33,318 nt of DNA, from positions 1-33,318 of the IMG/VR virus record IMGVR_UViG_3300028025_003099, one strand, 5' to 3'. The position numbers and the translations under genes are program-made. Origin of the DNA: a virus. Lineage: Duplodnaviria > Caudoviricetes. How positions within the stretch are numbered: the first letter of the stretch is position 1; every line of letters begins with the position of its first letter. The notes under the pieces are model-generated. The model did not search any database. It worked only from the letters and a program-made list of their open reading frames with translations, and was not told the origin of the DNA. This document shows positions 9,742-20,036 of this stretch, piece by piece.

Positions 9742-12700
9742 ATGGCTTTTGACGTACTTAAAGCACAAAAAGCTGGCTATTCCGAATCTGATATTGTTGA
9801 TTTTTTAGCTTCAGAAAAGAATTTTGATGCGGCAAAAGCTCGTGAAACTGGGTACACAAACGCAGACCTTCTTAACTATTTAAATCCAAAAGAAGAAAAA
9901 GAAAGTCCGTTACGACAAGTGGCTGACATACCTTTAAAAGTTACTGAAGGTGTTGTTAGCGGCGTTCGTATGTTGAGCGATGTTTTTGGCGCTGACAATC
10001 CTATTTCTAAAAGCCTGCGTGGTGTAGAAGACTACGTTGGCAGCTTGTTGTCTGCTCAGGCTAAAAACGACCAAAAAGAAATTGCTCGCATTATGAAGGA
10101 AGCCGAAGACAAAGGCGTTCTTGAGCAAATTAAAGCAGGTTTTTCTGCTCTTACAGTTGCCCCTGTAGATTTAATGGCACAGGTTTTTGGCACTGCTATC
10201 CCAACGCTTGCAGGTGGTTTAGCGGGTGCAGCTTTAAAGGTTGGCGCTAGAACAGCAGGAGTTTTAACTGGTGCAGCAATGGGTACTGGCACTGGTAAAA
10301 GCGCCATTTACGATGCCGTTGTAGAAGAACTAAGTCAATCCAATTTGCCTAAAGAAGTTATTGAGCAAGCTGCTACAAAAGCACAAGAGTACGGCGGTAA
10401 GAATCTTGATTTAATCTTAGCCAACACATTGTTAGGTGGAGTAGCAGGATCAACGGGTCTTGAAAAAGCCTTAATTCCCGGCATGTCTAAAAGAATTACA
10501 GAAAAAGTAGCGCAGAGAGGTGCATTAACGAGGGCTGCTGCTGCGGGTCTTCCAGAGGGCGGAACAGAATTCTTACAAGGCGGCACAGAACAAGCTTCTA
10601 AAAACATAGCTTTGCAACGTGAAGGCTATGATGTACCTACTATGCGCGGTGTTTATAGCGCAGGAACAATGGAAGGACTTGCTGGCTTTGGTGTAGGTGC
10701 TGCTGCGGGTGCAATGCGCCGCCCAACAGCCACTGAGCCGCCTGCTGTTGAACCTCCTATTACTGAACAGCCTCCCGTCCAGATTGCCCCTGAGCCGTTT
10801 ACACCCACTGTCATACCTCCAGCATACTCAACGCAAGAAGGCATTGACCGTGCTACTGGCGTAGTTGGAGGAGGTGGTTACACTGCCGCTGATTTGCTAA
10901 CTCCGGGTGCAGAAGGTGTCCGGGAACAAGCCCAGCGGATGGCTACACAAGATTTAAACGCTGTTGGTACACCTCGTCCACGCATGACGGAAGAAGGTCG
11001 CATTGCCGCACAGCAAGCTGCCTTTGATCGCGCCGCACAAGAACTTGGCTACACGGATCAAAGACAGCCTATGCCTGTCTCTCCGTCTCAAGCTGTTCCC
11101 TATACTGCTCCTGCTCCAGTGTCTGCTGAAGAGCGTCGAAAGCTTGTTGACGCACAGTCAGAGCAGTTAGCACAAGCGCAGAATGAGCCGTTTGCATTTG
11201 ACCGTAGGCGTTTAGAAGCGTCTGCGTCTACAGTGGGAGGAACAGGTCAGGTGCGTGGTACGCCTCGTGCTGTCATGCTAGACCCCAACCCAATGGTTCC
11301 TCGTGCTGCGCGTCAACGCCTAGCGGTGCTTAAAGAAGACCTTATTGCAAAAGGTGAAGACCCTGAGAGTCTTGCCATTGTTCCTCACCCAACAATGGGG
11401 GGACGCTTTGCAATCGAACAGCGCACGATGGAGCAGCCTTATGTCGCCCCTCCAATTGAAACGCCTGTAGTGTCGCAGGCAGAGGCTCAGAGACGCATTG
11501 AATCAGCAGATGCTGAAAGCATGAATAATGAGTATCTTGCTCAAAAAGATTTAAAGACTCTGGCAGGCAAGCGTGGCGAAGAATTGTTAGCAAATGTACC
11601 TTCTGCCGAGCTTGCGCCATTTGTTGAAATATACCAAAAGTTACGCCGCAGTATTGAAGAAAACATTGCCAATCGCAACGGTGTAGCTACGCCTGAAGAA
11701 GCCCGTATGATTCGGGATCAAGGTCTTGGCATACCCTATGACAGCGTTGCTGAGATTGCAGCAGATAAAGACGTAGCTTTAAACACTAAAAGCAAACGCT
11801 TATTAGAGGTAGAAGCTGCGTTTGATAAAGAAAAAAGAAAACATCTTAAAGAGATGTATGGTCCTGAATTCTTTGAACAATTTGGTGTTCCAGAAGCAGC
11901 ACCAAAACAGGCTTCACAAGAATTTACAGGAAAATTTTTAGCGCCCGAAGGACGTACTGCTCCGGCTGCGCCTACAAACAGAACCGCTGCTAGAACACCA
12001 CCCGAACAGTTTGGTCAGCGTAGTGACGCTCCACAAGCCTCTCAGTACGCAGGCAAGCTTGAAGTGTCAGAAGATGGTCGTTACGAACAGCTTCCGTTCC
12101 AACAAAAGACTGATGAACAAACGCCCAAGATTCAAACATTTAATAAGGGCAAGTATTCGTTAACTGACGTAGTTGCCACGCCTGAAGCTAAGGCTATGGC
12201 TGACGATGTTAGAAAACAACTATTGCCAATACTTAAACGCTTTGGTCTAGAGAAGATGGGTCTACGTCTTGTAGATGCTATCAGAGGCGGCGCAGAAGGT
12301 ATGTACTTTAAGAGTGTTATTACACTGGCTTTGGATAGCGACAATCCAATGGGTGTGATGCGTCACGAAGTCATCCATGCGTTAAAAGAACTTGGTGCGT
12401 TTACCGATGGTGAGTGGAAAGTCCTCACCGACATGGCTAAGAAGAAGTGGATTAACCAATTCTATAGTCCTGAGTTACAAGCAGCGTACAAAGCGCAGTA
12501 CGAAAAAGACGGTGATACTACACAAACCTTTGACGAGTACATGGCTGAAGAAGCTATTGCACAAGCATTCCGCTTCTACACAGAGACTAAACCACCATCA
12601 GGCATGATTGCAAACCTGATGCGGCGTTTAAACAATGTGTTTCAAGCTATTCGTGAATTCTTCATGGGCAACGGAGTGACTGACGCAGAACAATTGTTCT

Positions 12701-15700
12701 TAGCTAAGAGTATCTTTAGCAACATTGAAAGCGGAAGAATGACTGCGGGTCGTGCGGGTGTTCAGCCTAAGTCTAAGCCTAAATATAGTTTGCCGGAAGA
12801 AAAAACTTATAAGCTAGACATTGACCGCGAAGTTAGGAAGACCGCTAGAAGTGCTGTGTTTACCGAGGCAGAAACTAAATCTGTTGAAGATGATGCTGCG
12901 CGTTTAAACCTATCTCCAGCGCAGACTGCTGAAATTCTTAGCACCATTAAAAAGCAAAAGAAACAGTTTCCTGCCACTCAGGGTTGGGATAACTTAACTG
13001 TTATTGGCATTGATCAAAAATTAGACGACCTTGGCAATCCTATCGCAGGCACTGAGTTTCCTAAATATGAGCCAATTACATACGGTTATGGAACACCGCC
13101 TGACAAAAACAAAGCACCATCTAAGATTGACCAAGTATGGATGGACAGGGTAGCTGATGCGTTTACTAAGCAGATTCAAGGCATTTACAGACGCGCTAAC
13201 AAAGGCGACAAAAACGCTTTAAGCATCATTGCACACAAGAGTTGGTACAAAGGTGTAGCTAAATCTTTGCGTCAAGATTACGGTGCATTTGGTGACATTC
13301 TTGCTGACCTGCTTGGGGCAACTAGCCCAAACACGCCTGTTGATACCAATTGGAAATTTTCAATTGACGTATTAAAGCGTTTTGCTCGCGGTGATTTTGA
13401 TACTGAGATGAAAGCATTTACTCAGTATCTAGACACTGGCGGCGTTCCGTCTAAATATCCTGCTGCACAAAAGATTAGGCAGATTAGCGGCAAGCTGTAC
13501 GGCATGAATTCTACTAACGCCATGCTTGGTTTAGCTGATATGTGGAGAGCCATAGTCCCCGGACAGGCTCCAAAGGCTCGTAACTTTGCATTGAACCTTA
13601 TTGGTCAATCTGACATGGCAACCATTGACGTATGGGCTGCTAGGATGCTGCGTCGAGTAGCAAACAACGTTAGCAAAGATTCGTTTAAACGCATTCCTCC
13701 TCCTGCCGAAAAAGGCGTGACAGGGATGTGGAACGCCAGTGCAAGCAAGGTTACCGGCGAATTTGGTTTTGGTGCTGCGGTCATGGATAAAGTTTCCAAA
13801 GACCTAAAAGCAAAAGGCATTGATATTGCTCCTCCTGACTTGCAAGCTATTGCATGGTTTGCGGAAAAAGAATTGTGGGGCAACAAAGGATGGACTTCTA
13901 AAGTTGGTGAGGGCGGTTCGTTTGAAGAGAACATTCAAAACTCTCCAGTAGAGCGTTATGTTGCTGCTCATTCTGTGCAAGAAGGCGATACACCGCCATC
14001 AGAAAGCGTTGTTAACTTTGCTAAGAAAGTGTTGCTAAATGCTCTTGGTAGAGATAAAAGCGTTGTTACGTTCCGAAGCAAAGAAACAAAAGGTCTTTAT
14101 GGCGGTACGGTAGAAGCATCTTTTGACACAGAGTGGGTTGCACAACAAGGCAAGTTTGATCCAGCTCAAGTTGTTTCTATTCTTGCGTCAACATCTAAAG
14201 AACAAAATCAATACGACTTCTTTGTATCTAAGGTTCTGGCTCCAAACGAAGACAGTTTAAACGCCCGTCCCGGTGTTGAGATATATTTTAAAGACCAAAA
14301 AGCTTTGCAAGACGCATTGCCATTGCTTAAAAAGTTTACAAGCAAAGGTCAAGATGGATTTACACTTGCTGTTGATCCACGAGCTACAGACGGTTCAGAT
14401 AAATACATTGGTGTAAGGCTGCAATATGTGCCTGAAATTTCTATGCGTTGGGATAATGACCTTCGTAAAAAGTTTTTAAAACCCGATGAAATCTCAAGAG
14501 TTTTAGCCGGTAAAAGAAAGATTCTTGGTGAAATTGTTTCTGAAGTTGCAAGGCAAGAAGGTGTTGCACACGCAGAAATGTTAAGATATGACACGCTTGT
14601 TGTTGGAAAGGAAAATTACAATGACTACATTGGCACAAGAGATTCAGCAGGAAATCAAAAACCTAGAAGAATCTGGTTCGGCGGAGATATACGTCAACAT
14701 GTTGAAGCGGCAGCTAAAAGATATTCAGACGCAGAAAGAGCCGAAAGAGGAGCAGTGGGCGGTGCAAGCGATCAACAGGAATCAGGAGGGAAATTCTCCC
14801 TTAGACCTGAACAACTTGCCCTTCGACCCAGCGACAGCGGCGGGTCAGGCATCTCTTTCAATAACAGAAAAGAAGACGCAGTAAGCTACGCAGGCTCTCA
14901 TTACGGCAAGACCAAAACCAACATCCTCTCCGGTGGCTACTACGGCACAGGATTAAAGGGTGCTGAAGCCAAAAGACTTGCTCAGGCTAAAGATTCTCGC
15001 ATTGGCAAACGGATTTATTTCTACATCCCACGCGCAAACGGCACGATGCCTATGCGTGAGTCCGGTGTGGGCAACCATGTTTACACGCAGAAGTTTGACA
15101 ACATTCTGGGTCCGGGGAAGACAATGTCTGAGCTTTATAAAAAAGCTCAAGGCGACAGCAATGCATTTGAAAGTTTCGTTATCGACAATGGTTACGACGG
15201 CTATGCCGTTCCTGACTACGGGATGATGGTTGTTTTAAACAACGACATTGAAGCTAAGTACGAAGGCACTGTAGGCGAAGTTCATTACGCAAAGACAGAA
15301 CCAGAGAAAGGCGCTCGTTTTTCTAGGGCGCTTGGTGCGTTAGAGCCTGCTACGTTCTTGGTTCCCGATACATCTTTGAACAACACTGGCAACTTAGGCA
15401 TGATGCCTGATGCCCGTGACATTGAAGGCAAGCCAATACGTCTGGCTGTCGGCTTAGAAGACGCTAATACGTCTAAAGGGTATGGCGCTACCCACATCCT
15501 TAAACGCATTGAAAAAGACGCTACACGCAAGCCGCCCGTGGCTAGTAAAGAGTTGTTAGAAGACTTAATCAGAAACGTAGAAAAGACCGCGCAGTCCTTT
15601 ACACGACTGTATCGTGACCGCAACAACCTGATTGCCTACAACCCAATTACAACCGAGTCTTTGATCCTTGCCGAACGTCCTGACCATTACTCTGTGATTA

Positions 15701-18700
15701 CGTCTTATCGTCAGAGCAATATGGGTAAGTATGGAAACATAGTTTGGACAGGCAAGACTCCGACAGATACTAAAAAATACCAAACAGCAGAAGAACCACA
15801 GAAAGGTATTCCGGTTAAAGCCGGTGCTTCTGGAGTTGTTCGCCAGCCGGTTGCAACAACGTTTAAACGCAGCAGAGTTATGTCGCCAGAAGCCATTCAA
15901 GAAATGGCAGATGACCTTGCAAAGACCAAGTTGCAAGGCAAAGCATCCCTTAGAACCCCGCCTGCGTTGTTAAAACAAACGACGACTGATGCGTTTAAAC
16001 GTTGGTTTGGAAAGAGTGCCATCGTTGATATGAACGGTGATCCTAAAGTGATGTACCACGGCACTGCGCGTGACATTACTGAGTTTATCCCCAAGCAAGC
16101 TGCTGCCATTTTTATTACTAGTGACCCAACCTTTGCAGAAAAGTTTGCCATTGATTCTATGCAATACATGATCAATGGTCAGGTTGAGCTGCTTGGGGAA
16201 GAATTTGCAAAAATGAACCCTGAAGAAAGGGTGGCGTATCTTAAAAAGTCATACAAGCTCGGTGTAAAGGAAGGCTTTATCACTAGCAAGATTGCAAAAG
16301 AAAAGATAAAAGAAATTGAAGACAACGCTGCAAAAAACAAATATCCACATGAAAATGAATTTTTTGATGTTGGAGAGTTTTTCCAAGAGGGCATAACTAA
16401 GTCTTTAAAAACAGGGCAGAACATTATGCCTGTGTTTGTACGGGCAGAACGTCCATTTGATTATGAAAATGAAAGCAATTACGAACAGCTTGTACAAAGT
16501 TTAAATAAAAATGGAGTTTTTAAAAACAACCAAGAAAGTAAAACACCGTTACCCGCTGATTTTTTAAAGAGAATTAAGAATGGTGTGTGGGAGATTATAG
16601 AAAGTAACGAAATACAAAAGGCAATTAAAGACGCTGGATTTGATGGTTTTTACGTCAAAGAAGATGGTCGCAAAAACTTAGCTGTATACGAGCCTAGTCA
16701 AATTAAGTCTGCCATTGGAAACACTGGTGCGTTTAGTCCTGAGTCTAATGACATTCGTTATTCACTAACCAATAACGTGCCGCCAGCAGTCCACACTAAA
16801 CTCGTTCCAAATCAGTCTGCGGGTCAACAGGTCACCGCTGCTGCAACGAACGCTATTAAGGCTGTGCGTGAGGACGGATACTTCACTAAGCTGCGTAATG
16901 GCATAGTGGATGACACCTCAAGCCTTGGGAACACATTAGCCAACCAAGGAATGTCTCAGTTTGCTAACAACAAGCTTCGCGCTGATATGCTGAAGCACAC
17001 GCAGTCCAATAGCATTAACATTATGACCGTTGGCTTGCAGTCGGGCGTTCCTGTTTTAAACACCGATGGTTCGATTGTTATTAAGCGTACAAAATCCAAC
17101 ATTGCTCGTAGTCTGATCCTTGCCGATAAGCTTGATTCAAATCCTTACGTCAAAGCTTCTAAGCTAAAAGGTGGTCGTGGTTTTGTAGCTGAAGTGGCTA
17201 GAGCTTTGCGTGGTGCTGATATCAAAGAAGAAGACGCTGCAATGAACGCAGAGGGTCAGAAGAAAATCAATGATGCCGACGCTATGGAAACCAGTTTAAA
17301 CGCTGCTGTTAAAGCTGGCGGGATGACGGCTTCTGCCATTGCATCCGAGAAAGGAAAGATTGACAAGTTTCGCAAGGAAGGAAAAGAGCTTGCTGGCAAA
17401 AACCGCGAGAAGCAAGTTGATGATGCACAGATTCAATGGGCAGAGGCACAGCTTAAAAACGTTCCTGAGTTAAAGGAAATCTTTGGCATTTGGAAAGATG
17501 TTAACGATGCTCTGACTGATCTCAGCGAAGACACTGGCATTATTTCCAAAGAACAAGCGCAGAAATACCGCGACAAGAAATTCTATGTGCCGTTGTTTAA
17601 AGCGCGTGAAGACTTAGCAGAATCATTCTTTCATGGTTCAAGTGCTAAGAATGTGGCGAAGAACTACAAGCTAGAAGGCGCAGACATAGACCGTAACATT
17701 TGGGAAAACATACAGAAACAGTACGCTATGACAATTGCTGTGGCGTATGAGAACCAAACCCGCAAGACTGCCATTGAGCAGCTACAAGGCTTTGGCTTGG
17801 CTAAGACTGTAGACAATCCTAATGATCCTAATATCAATCTTCGATACAAAGAAGACGGTAAGATTGTTCATGCTATCGCAGAGAATCCAAACGATATCGC
17901 TGCGTTTCAGATGATGAATTACGAGCTTAATTCGGTGATGAAGTTTATTTCCGGAACAACAAAGGTTCTGCGCTTTGGTGCGTTAGTAAACCCAATGTTC
18001 TGGTTTAAACAGCTTATCCGCGATCCTATCCACGCTTCGTTGACTAACAATCAAATTGTTACGCCGTTTCATTCTGCCGTGGCGTTTGCTAAGATTTTAA
18101 ATAATAGTTCTGAGTCGGCTAAGATTCTTGCAGAGCGCGGTGTTATTGGAGCGGTTGATAGCACAGTTGATTTAAACGAGTACCTTGGTCAGCTTGGCAA
18201 AGAAAAGAAAACACCGCAGATGCTGTCTTCGTTAATGCACAATGTCATGCGAATGCATGAATCATCTGACGCTGCCACTCGCGTAGCTATCTTTGAAAGC
18301 GCGAAGAAAGAAGCGTTAAAGAAAGGCATGAATGAAGAAGAAGCCATTAACTTTGCTGTGTTTAGAGCTAGAGAGTCTATTAACTTTGGTGTTAAGGGCA
18401 ACTCTCAGACACTGAATGTCTTGCGTCATTCAATACCATTCTTCCAAGCTGCCATTACAAGCTTGGACACGGTCTACCGTGCGGCTACGGGCTATGGATT
18501 ACCTCCTGCTGAGAGAAGGAAAGCGCAGCTAACCTTTGCTAAACGCGCTGCTGTGATGGGTTTAATGTCTACCATGTACGCAATGATGTACACAGATGAC
18601 GATGAGTACAAAGACCTTCCTGACTATGTGAAAGATGGGAACTGGTTATTCCCCACAACGACACCTGACGGGCGTAAGACATTCGTTAAGATTCCTGTGC

Positions 18701-19494
18701 CGTTTGAGATTGGTTTCTTGTTTAAAACCCTTCCCGAAGCAGGATGGCGGTGGTACTCAGGCACAAGCACAGGCAAAGAGGTTGCCAAGTCTGTCAAAGA
18801 CGGGTTAATTCATAACATCCCCGGAGGTGGCACAATCGTTCCACAGGCGTTTAAACCGGCTTTGGAAGTGATTATGAACCATTCATTGTTTACTGGAAAT
18901 CCAATTGAAGGTATGAGTGATCAAGGTTTGCCAGTAGCAGAACGCGGTCGCAATGCTAGTGAGTTTGCCAAAGCTACCAGTAAAGCAGGGTTAGACAGCA
19001 TGGGGCTTTCTCCTGCCAAGATTGATGCGTTGATTAAAGGGTACTTTGCCGAACTTGGTGGTACGTTCTTGGCAGTCACTAGCGACCTCATTGGAACTGA
19101 TAAGCCAACAAAGAATATTGAGGCTAACCTAGTTTTCAAATCGTTTATGACTGATCCTAAAGTTAGCAAAGCTGTATCTGATTTCTATACGTTAGAGCAT
19201 AACGCTAAAGAAATGACCAATATGTTTGCAAAGTTAAAGAAAGAAGGCTTGTTTGATACTGCGCGTGAGTACCTAAATGACGAGGACAAGAAAAAGCAAA
19301 TGCTTGCTGCTCCCGTCTTTAGAAAAATTGGAGAACAGCTTGGTCAGATTAAGACAGAAATCAAGCGAGTGGAAAACAGAGAAGGAATGGACGCAGATGA
19401 GAAGAGAACTCGCATCAACGAGCTTCAGAAACTGTTAGCCCAAACTGCAAAGAAAGGTTATGACGTTGCAGAAAGGGCTGGGATAGCTAGATAA
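9742..19494 (+). CDS. Large polyvalent virion protein (zincin metallopeptidase, glycosylase-like, two ART-like, BECR RNase-like, LPD38-like domains)
   Basis: 3250 aa; HEVIH at 12364-12378; FKRWFG...YHGT...GFDG...QIKSAIGNTGAF ART-PolyVal pattern; YGATHI...SVITSY; YKDLPDYVKDGNW...KIPVPFEIG. Confidence 0.85.
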   Translation: MAFDVLKAQKAGYSESDIVDFLASEKNFDAAKARETGYTNADLLNYLNPKEEKESPLRQVADIPLKVTEGVVSGVRMLSDVFGADNPISKSLRGVEDYVGSLLSAQAKNDQKEIARIMKEAEDKGVLEQIKAGFSALTVAPVDLMAQVFGTAIPTLAGGLAGAALKVGARTAGVLTGAAMGTGTGKSAIYDAVVEELSQSNLPKEVIEQAATKAQEYGGKNLDLILANTLLGGVAGSTGLEKALIPGMSKRITEKVAQRGALTRAAAAGLPEGGTEFLQGGTEQASKNIALQREGYDVPTMRGVYSAGTMEGLAGFGVGAAAGAMRRPTATEPPAVEPPITEQPPVQIAPEPFTPTVIPPAYSTQEGIDRATGVVGGGGYTAADLLTPGAEGVREQAQRMATQDLNAVGTPRPRMTEEGRIAAQQAAFDRAAQELGYTDQRQPMPVSPSQAVPYTAPAPVSAEERRKLVDAQSEQLAQAQNEPFAFDRRRLEASASTVGGTGQVRGTPRAVMLDPNPMVPRAARQRLAVLKEDLIAKGEDPESLAIVPHPTMGGRFAIEQRTMEQPYVAPPIETPVVSQAEAQRRIESADAESMNNEYLAQKDLKTLAGKRGEELLANVPSAELAPFVEIYQKLRRSIEENIANRNGVATPEEARMIRDQGLGIPYDSVAEIAADKDVALNTKSKRLLEVEAAFDKEKRKHLKEMYGPEFFEQFGVPEAAPKQASQEFTGKFLAPEGRTAPAAPTNRTAARTPPEQFGQRSDAPQASQYAGKLEVSEDGRYEQLPFQQKTDEQTPKIQTFNKGKYSLTDVVATPEAKAMADDVRKQLLPILKRFGLEKMGLRLVDAIRGGAEGMYFKSVITLALDSDNPMGVMRHEVIHALKELGAFTDGEWKVLTDMAKKKWINQFYSPELQAAYKAQYEKDGDTTQTFDEYMAEEAIAQAFRFYTETKPPSGMIANLMRRLNNVFQAIREFFMGNGVTDAEQLFLAKSIFSNIESGRMTAGRAGVQPKSKPKYSLPEEKTYKLDIDREVRKTARSAVFTEAETKSVEDDAARLNLSPAQTAEILSTIKKQKKQFPATQGWDNLTVIGIDQKLDDLGNPIAGTEFPKYEPITYGYGTPPDKNKAPSKIDQVWMDRVADAFTKQIQGIYRRANKGDKNALSIIAHKSWYKGVAKSLRQDYGAFGDILADLLGATSPNTPVDTNWKFSIDVLKRFARGDFDTEMKAFTQYLDTGGVPSKYPAAQKIRQISGKLYGMNSTNAMLGLADMWRAIVPGQAPKARNFALNLIGQSDMATIDVWAARMLRRVANNVSKDSFKRIPPPAEKGVTGMWNASASKVTGEFGFGAAVMDKVSKDLKAKGIDIAPPDLQAIAWFAEKELWGNKGWTSKVGEGGSFEENIQNSPVERYVAAHSVQEGDTPPSESVVNFAKKVLLNALGRDKSVVTFRSKETKGLYGGTVEASFDTEWVAQQGKFDPAQVVSILASTSKEQNQYDFFVSKVLAPNEDSLNARPGVEIYFKDQKALQDALPLLKKFTSKGQDGFTLAVDPRATDGSDKYIGVRLQYVPEISMRWDNDLRKKFLKPDEISRVLAGKRKILGEIVSEVARQEGVAHAEMLRYDTLVVGKENYNDYIGTRDSAGNQKPRRIWFGGDIRQHVEAAAKRYSDAERAERGAVGGASDQQESGGKFSLRPEQLALRPSDSGGSGISFNNRKEDAVSYAGSHYGKTKTNILSGGYYGTGLKGAEAKRLAQAKDSRIGKRIYFYIPRANGTMPMRESGVGNHVYTQKFDNILGPGKTMSELYKKAQGDSNAFESFVIDNGYDGYAVPDYGMMVVLNNDIEAKYEGTVGEVHYAKTEPEKGARFSRALGALEPATFLVPDTSLNNTGNLGMMPDARDIEGKPIRLAVGLEDANTSKGYGATHILKRIEKDATRKPPVASKELLEDLIRNVEKTAQSFTRLYRDRNNLIAYNPITTESLILAERPDHYSVITSYRQSNMGKYGNIVWTGKTPTDTKKYQTAEEPQKGIPVKAGASGVVRQPVATTFKRSRVMSPEAIQEMADDLAKTKLQGKASLRTPPALLKQTTTDAFKRWFGKSAIVDMNGDPKVMYHGTARDITEFIPKQAAAIFITSDPTFAEKFAIDSMQYMINGQVELLGEEFAKMNPEERVAYLKKSYKLGVKEGFITSKIAKEKIKEIEDNAAKNKYPHENEFFDVGEFFQEGITKSLKTGQNIMPVFVRAERPFDYENESNYEQLVQSLNKNGVFKNNQESKTPLPADFLKRIKNGVWEIIESNEIQKAIKDAGFDGFYVKEDGRKNLAVYEPSQIKSAIGNTGAFSPESNDIRYSLTNNVPPAVHTKLVPNQSAGQQVTAAATNAIKAVREDGYFTKLRNGIVDDTSSLGNTLANQGMSQFANNKLRADMLKHTQSNSINIMTVGLQSGVPVLNTDGSIVIKRTKSNIARSLILADKLDSNPYVKASKLKGGRGFVAEVARALRGADIKEEDAAMNAEGQKKINDADAMETSLNAAVKAGGMTASAIASEKGKIDKFRKEGKELAGKNREKQVDDAQIQWAEAQLKNVPELKEIFGIWKDVNDALTDLSEDTGIISKEQAQKYRDKKFYVPLFKAREDLAESFFHGSSAKNVAKNYKLEGADIDRNIWENIQKQYAMTIAVAYENQTRKTAIEQLQGFGLAKTVDNPNDPNINLRYKEDGKIVHAIAENPNDIAAFQMMNYELNSVMKFISGTTKVLRFGALVNPMFWFKQLIRDPIHASLTNNQIVTPFHSAVAFAKILNNSSESAKILAERGVIGAVDSTVDLNEYLGQLGKEKKTPQMLSSLMHNVMRMHESSDAATRVAIFESAKKEALKKGMNEEEAINFAVFRARESINFGVKGNSQTLNVLRHSIPFFQAAITSLDTVYRAATGYGLPPAERRKAQLTFAKRAAVMGLMSTMYAMMYTDDDEYKDLPDYVKDGNWLFPTTTPDGRKTFVKIPVPFEIGFLFKTLPEAGWRWYSGTSTGKEVAKSVKDGLIHNIPGGGTIVPQAFKPALEVIMNHSLFTGNPIEGMSDQGLPVAERGRNASEFAKATSKAGLDSMGLSPAKIDALIKGYFAELGGTFLAVTSDLIGTDKPTKNIEANLVFKSFMTDPKVSKAVSDFYTLEHNAKEMTNMFAKLKKEGLFDTAREYLNDEDKKKQMLAAPVFRKIGEQLGQIKTEIKRVENREGMDADEKRTRINELQKLLAQTAKKGYDVAERAGIAR

Positions 19495-19768
19495 CGTTTA
19501 AACGGTCTTTTGTCTGCTGGTACAGTTCCATCTCGGTTCCGTACCGGCGTTCAAATTCTGCTTTCCACGGATGCCTAGACACATATTCTTCTGTATTGTG
19601 TCCAGACCGGTGATGCAAAGGGCAGAGAGGGATTGTATGCAAGTCATCAATCCTTCTACTGTTTCTTAAAACATGGTGTATATCACTTGGTGAGACACCC
19701 AGCCCTTCGTTTAAACAGACAATGCAGCCCATGTTTTGAATTAACTTAAACCACTCTTTTTTTGTCAT
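19487..19768 (-). CDS. Ref-like (RecA-dependent) HNH-fold nuclease
   Basis: GCIVC...DIHH...TIPLCPLHHR; start could also be 19777. Confidence 0.7.
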   Translation of the reverse strand: MTKKEWFKLIQNMGCIVCLNEGLGVSPSDIHHVLRNSRRIDDLHTIPLCPLHHRSGHNTEEYVSRHPWKAEFERRYGTEMELYQQTKDRLNVI

Positions 19769-20036
19769 GGGTTTCAATCAGCTTTTGTAAGTAATGTTGA
19801 GCCTTCTTTAGGTCTTCTACACCGCCTTTGTCTTTCCATCTGCTAATGTACTTTATGATATTTCCCTCTAAGTACCCGATATCATTGGCAATTATAAAAT
19901 CCCACGGCTGTATCGCTTTGACTGCGTAGTGTGCGCCGCCTACTTGTTGTTCGTTAGCGCGTATTTGTGCGCTTACTTGTAAAAGGTGATGTTGTTGCAT
20001 CTCGTCTAGATACTGTTTAATTGCGTCGTGGTTCAT
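19746..20036 (-). CDS. DUF3310 (T7 gp1.7/SaV-like) protein
   Basis: QVGGAHY...IQPWD...GNIIKYISRWKDKGGVEDLKKA; ATGA-coupled start at 20036. Confidence 0.85.
   Translation of the reverse strand: MNHDAIKQYLDEMQQHHLLQVSAQIRANEQQVGGAHYAVKAIQPWDFIIANDIGYLEGNIIKYISRWKDKGGVEDLKKAQHYLQKLIETHDKKRVV

Noticed and set aside
9934-19169. Many antisense and alternate-frame ORFs inside the giant gene
   Set aside because: Shadow ORFs with no RBS or recognisable motifs; the main frame carries all domain signals
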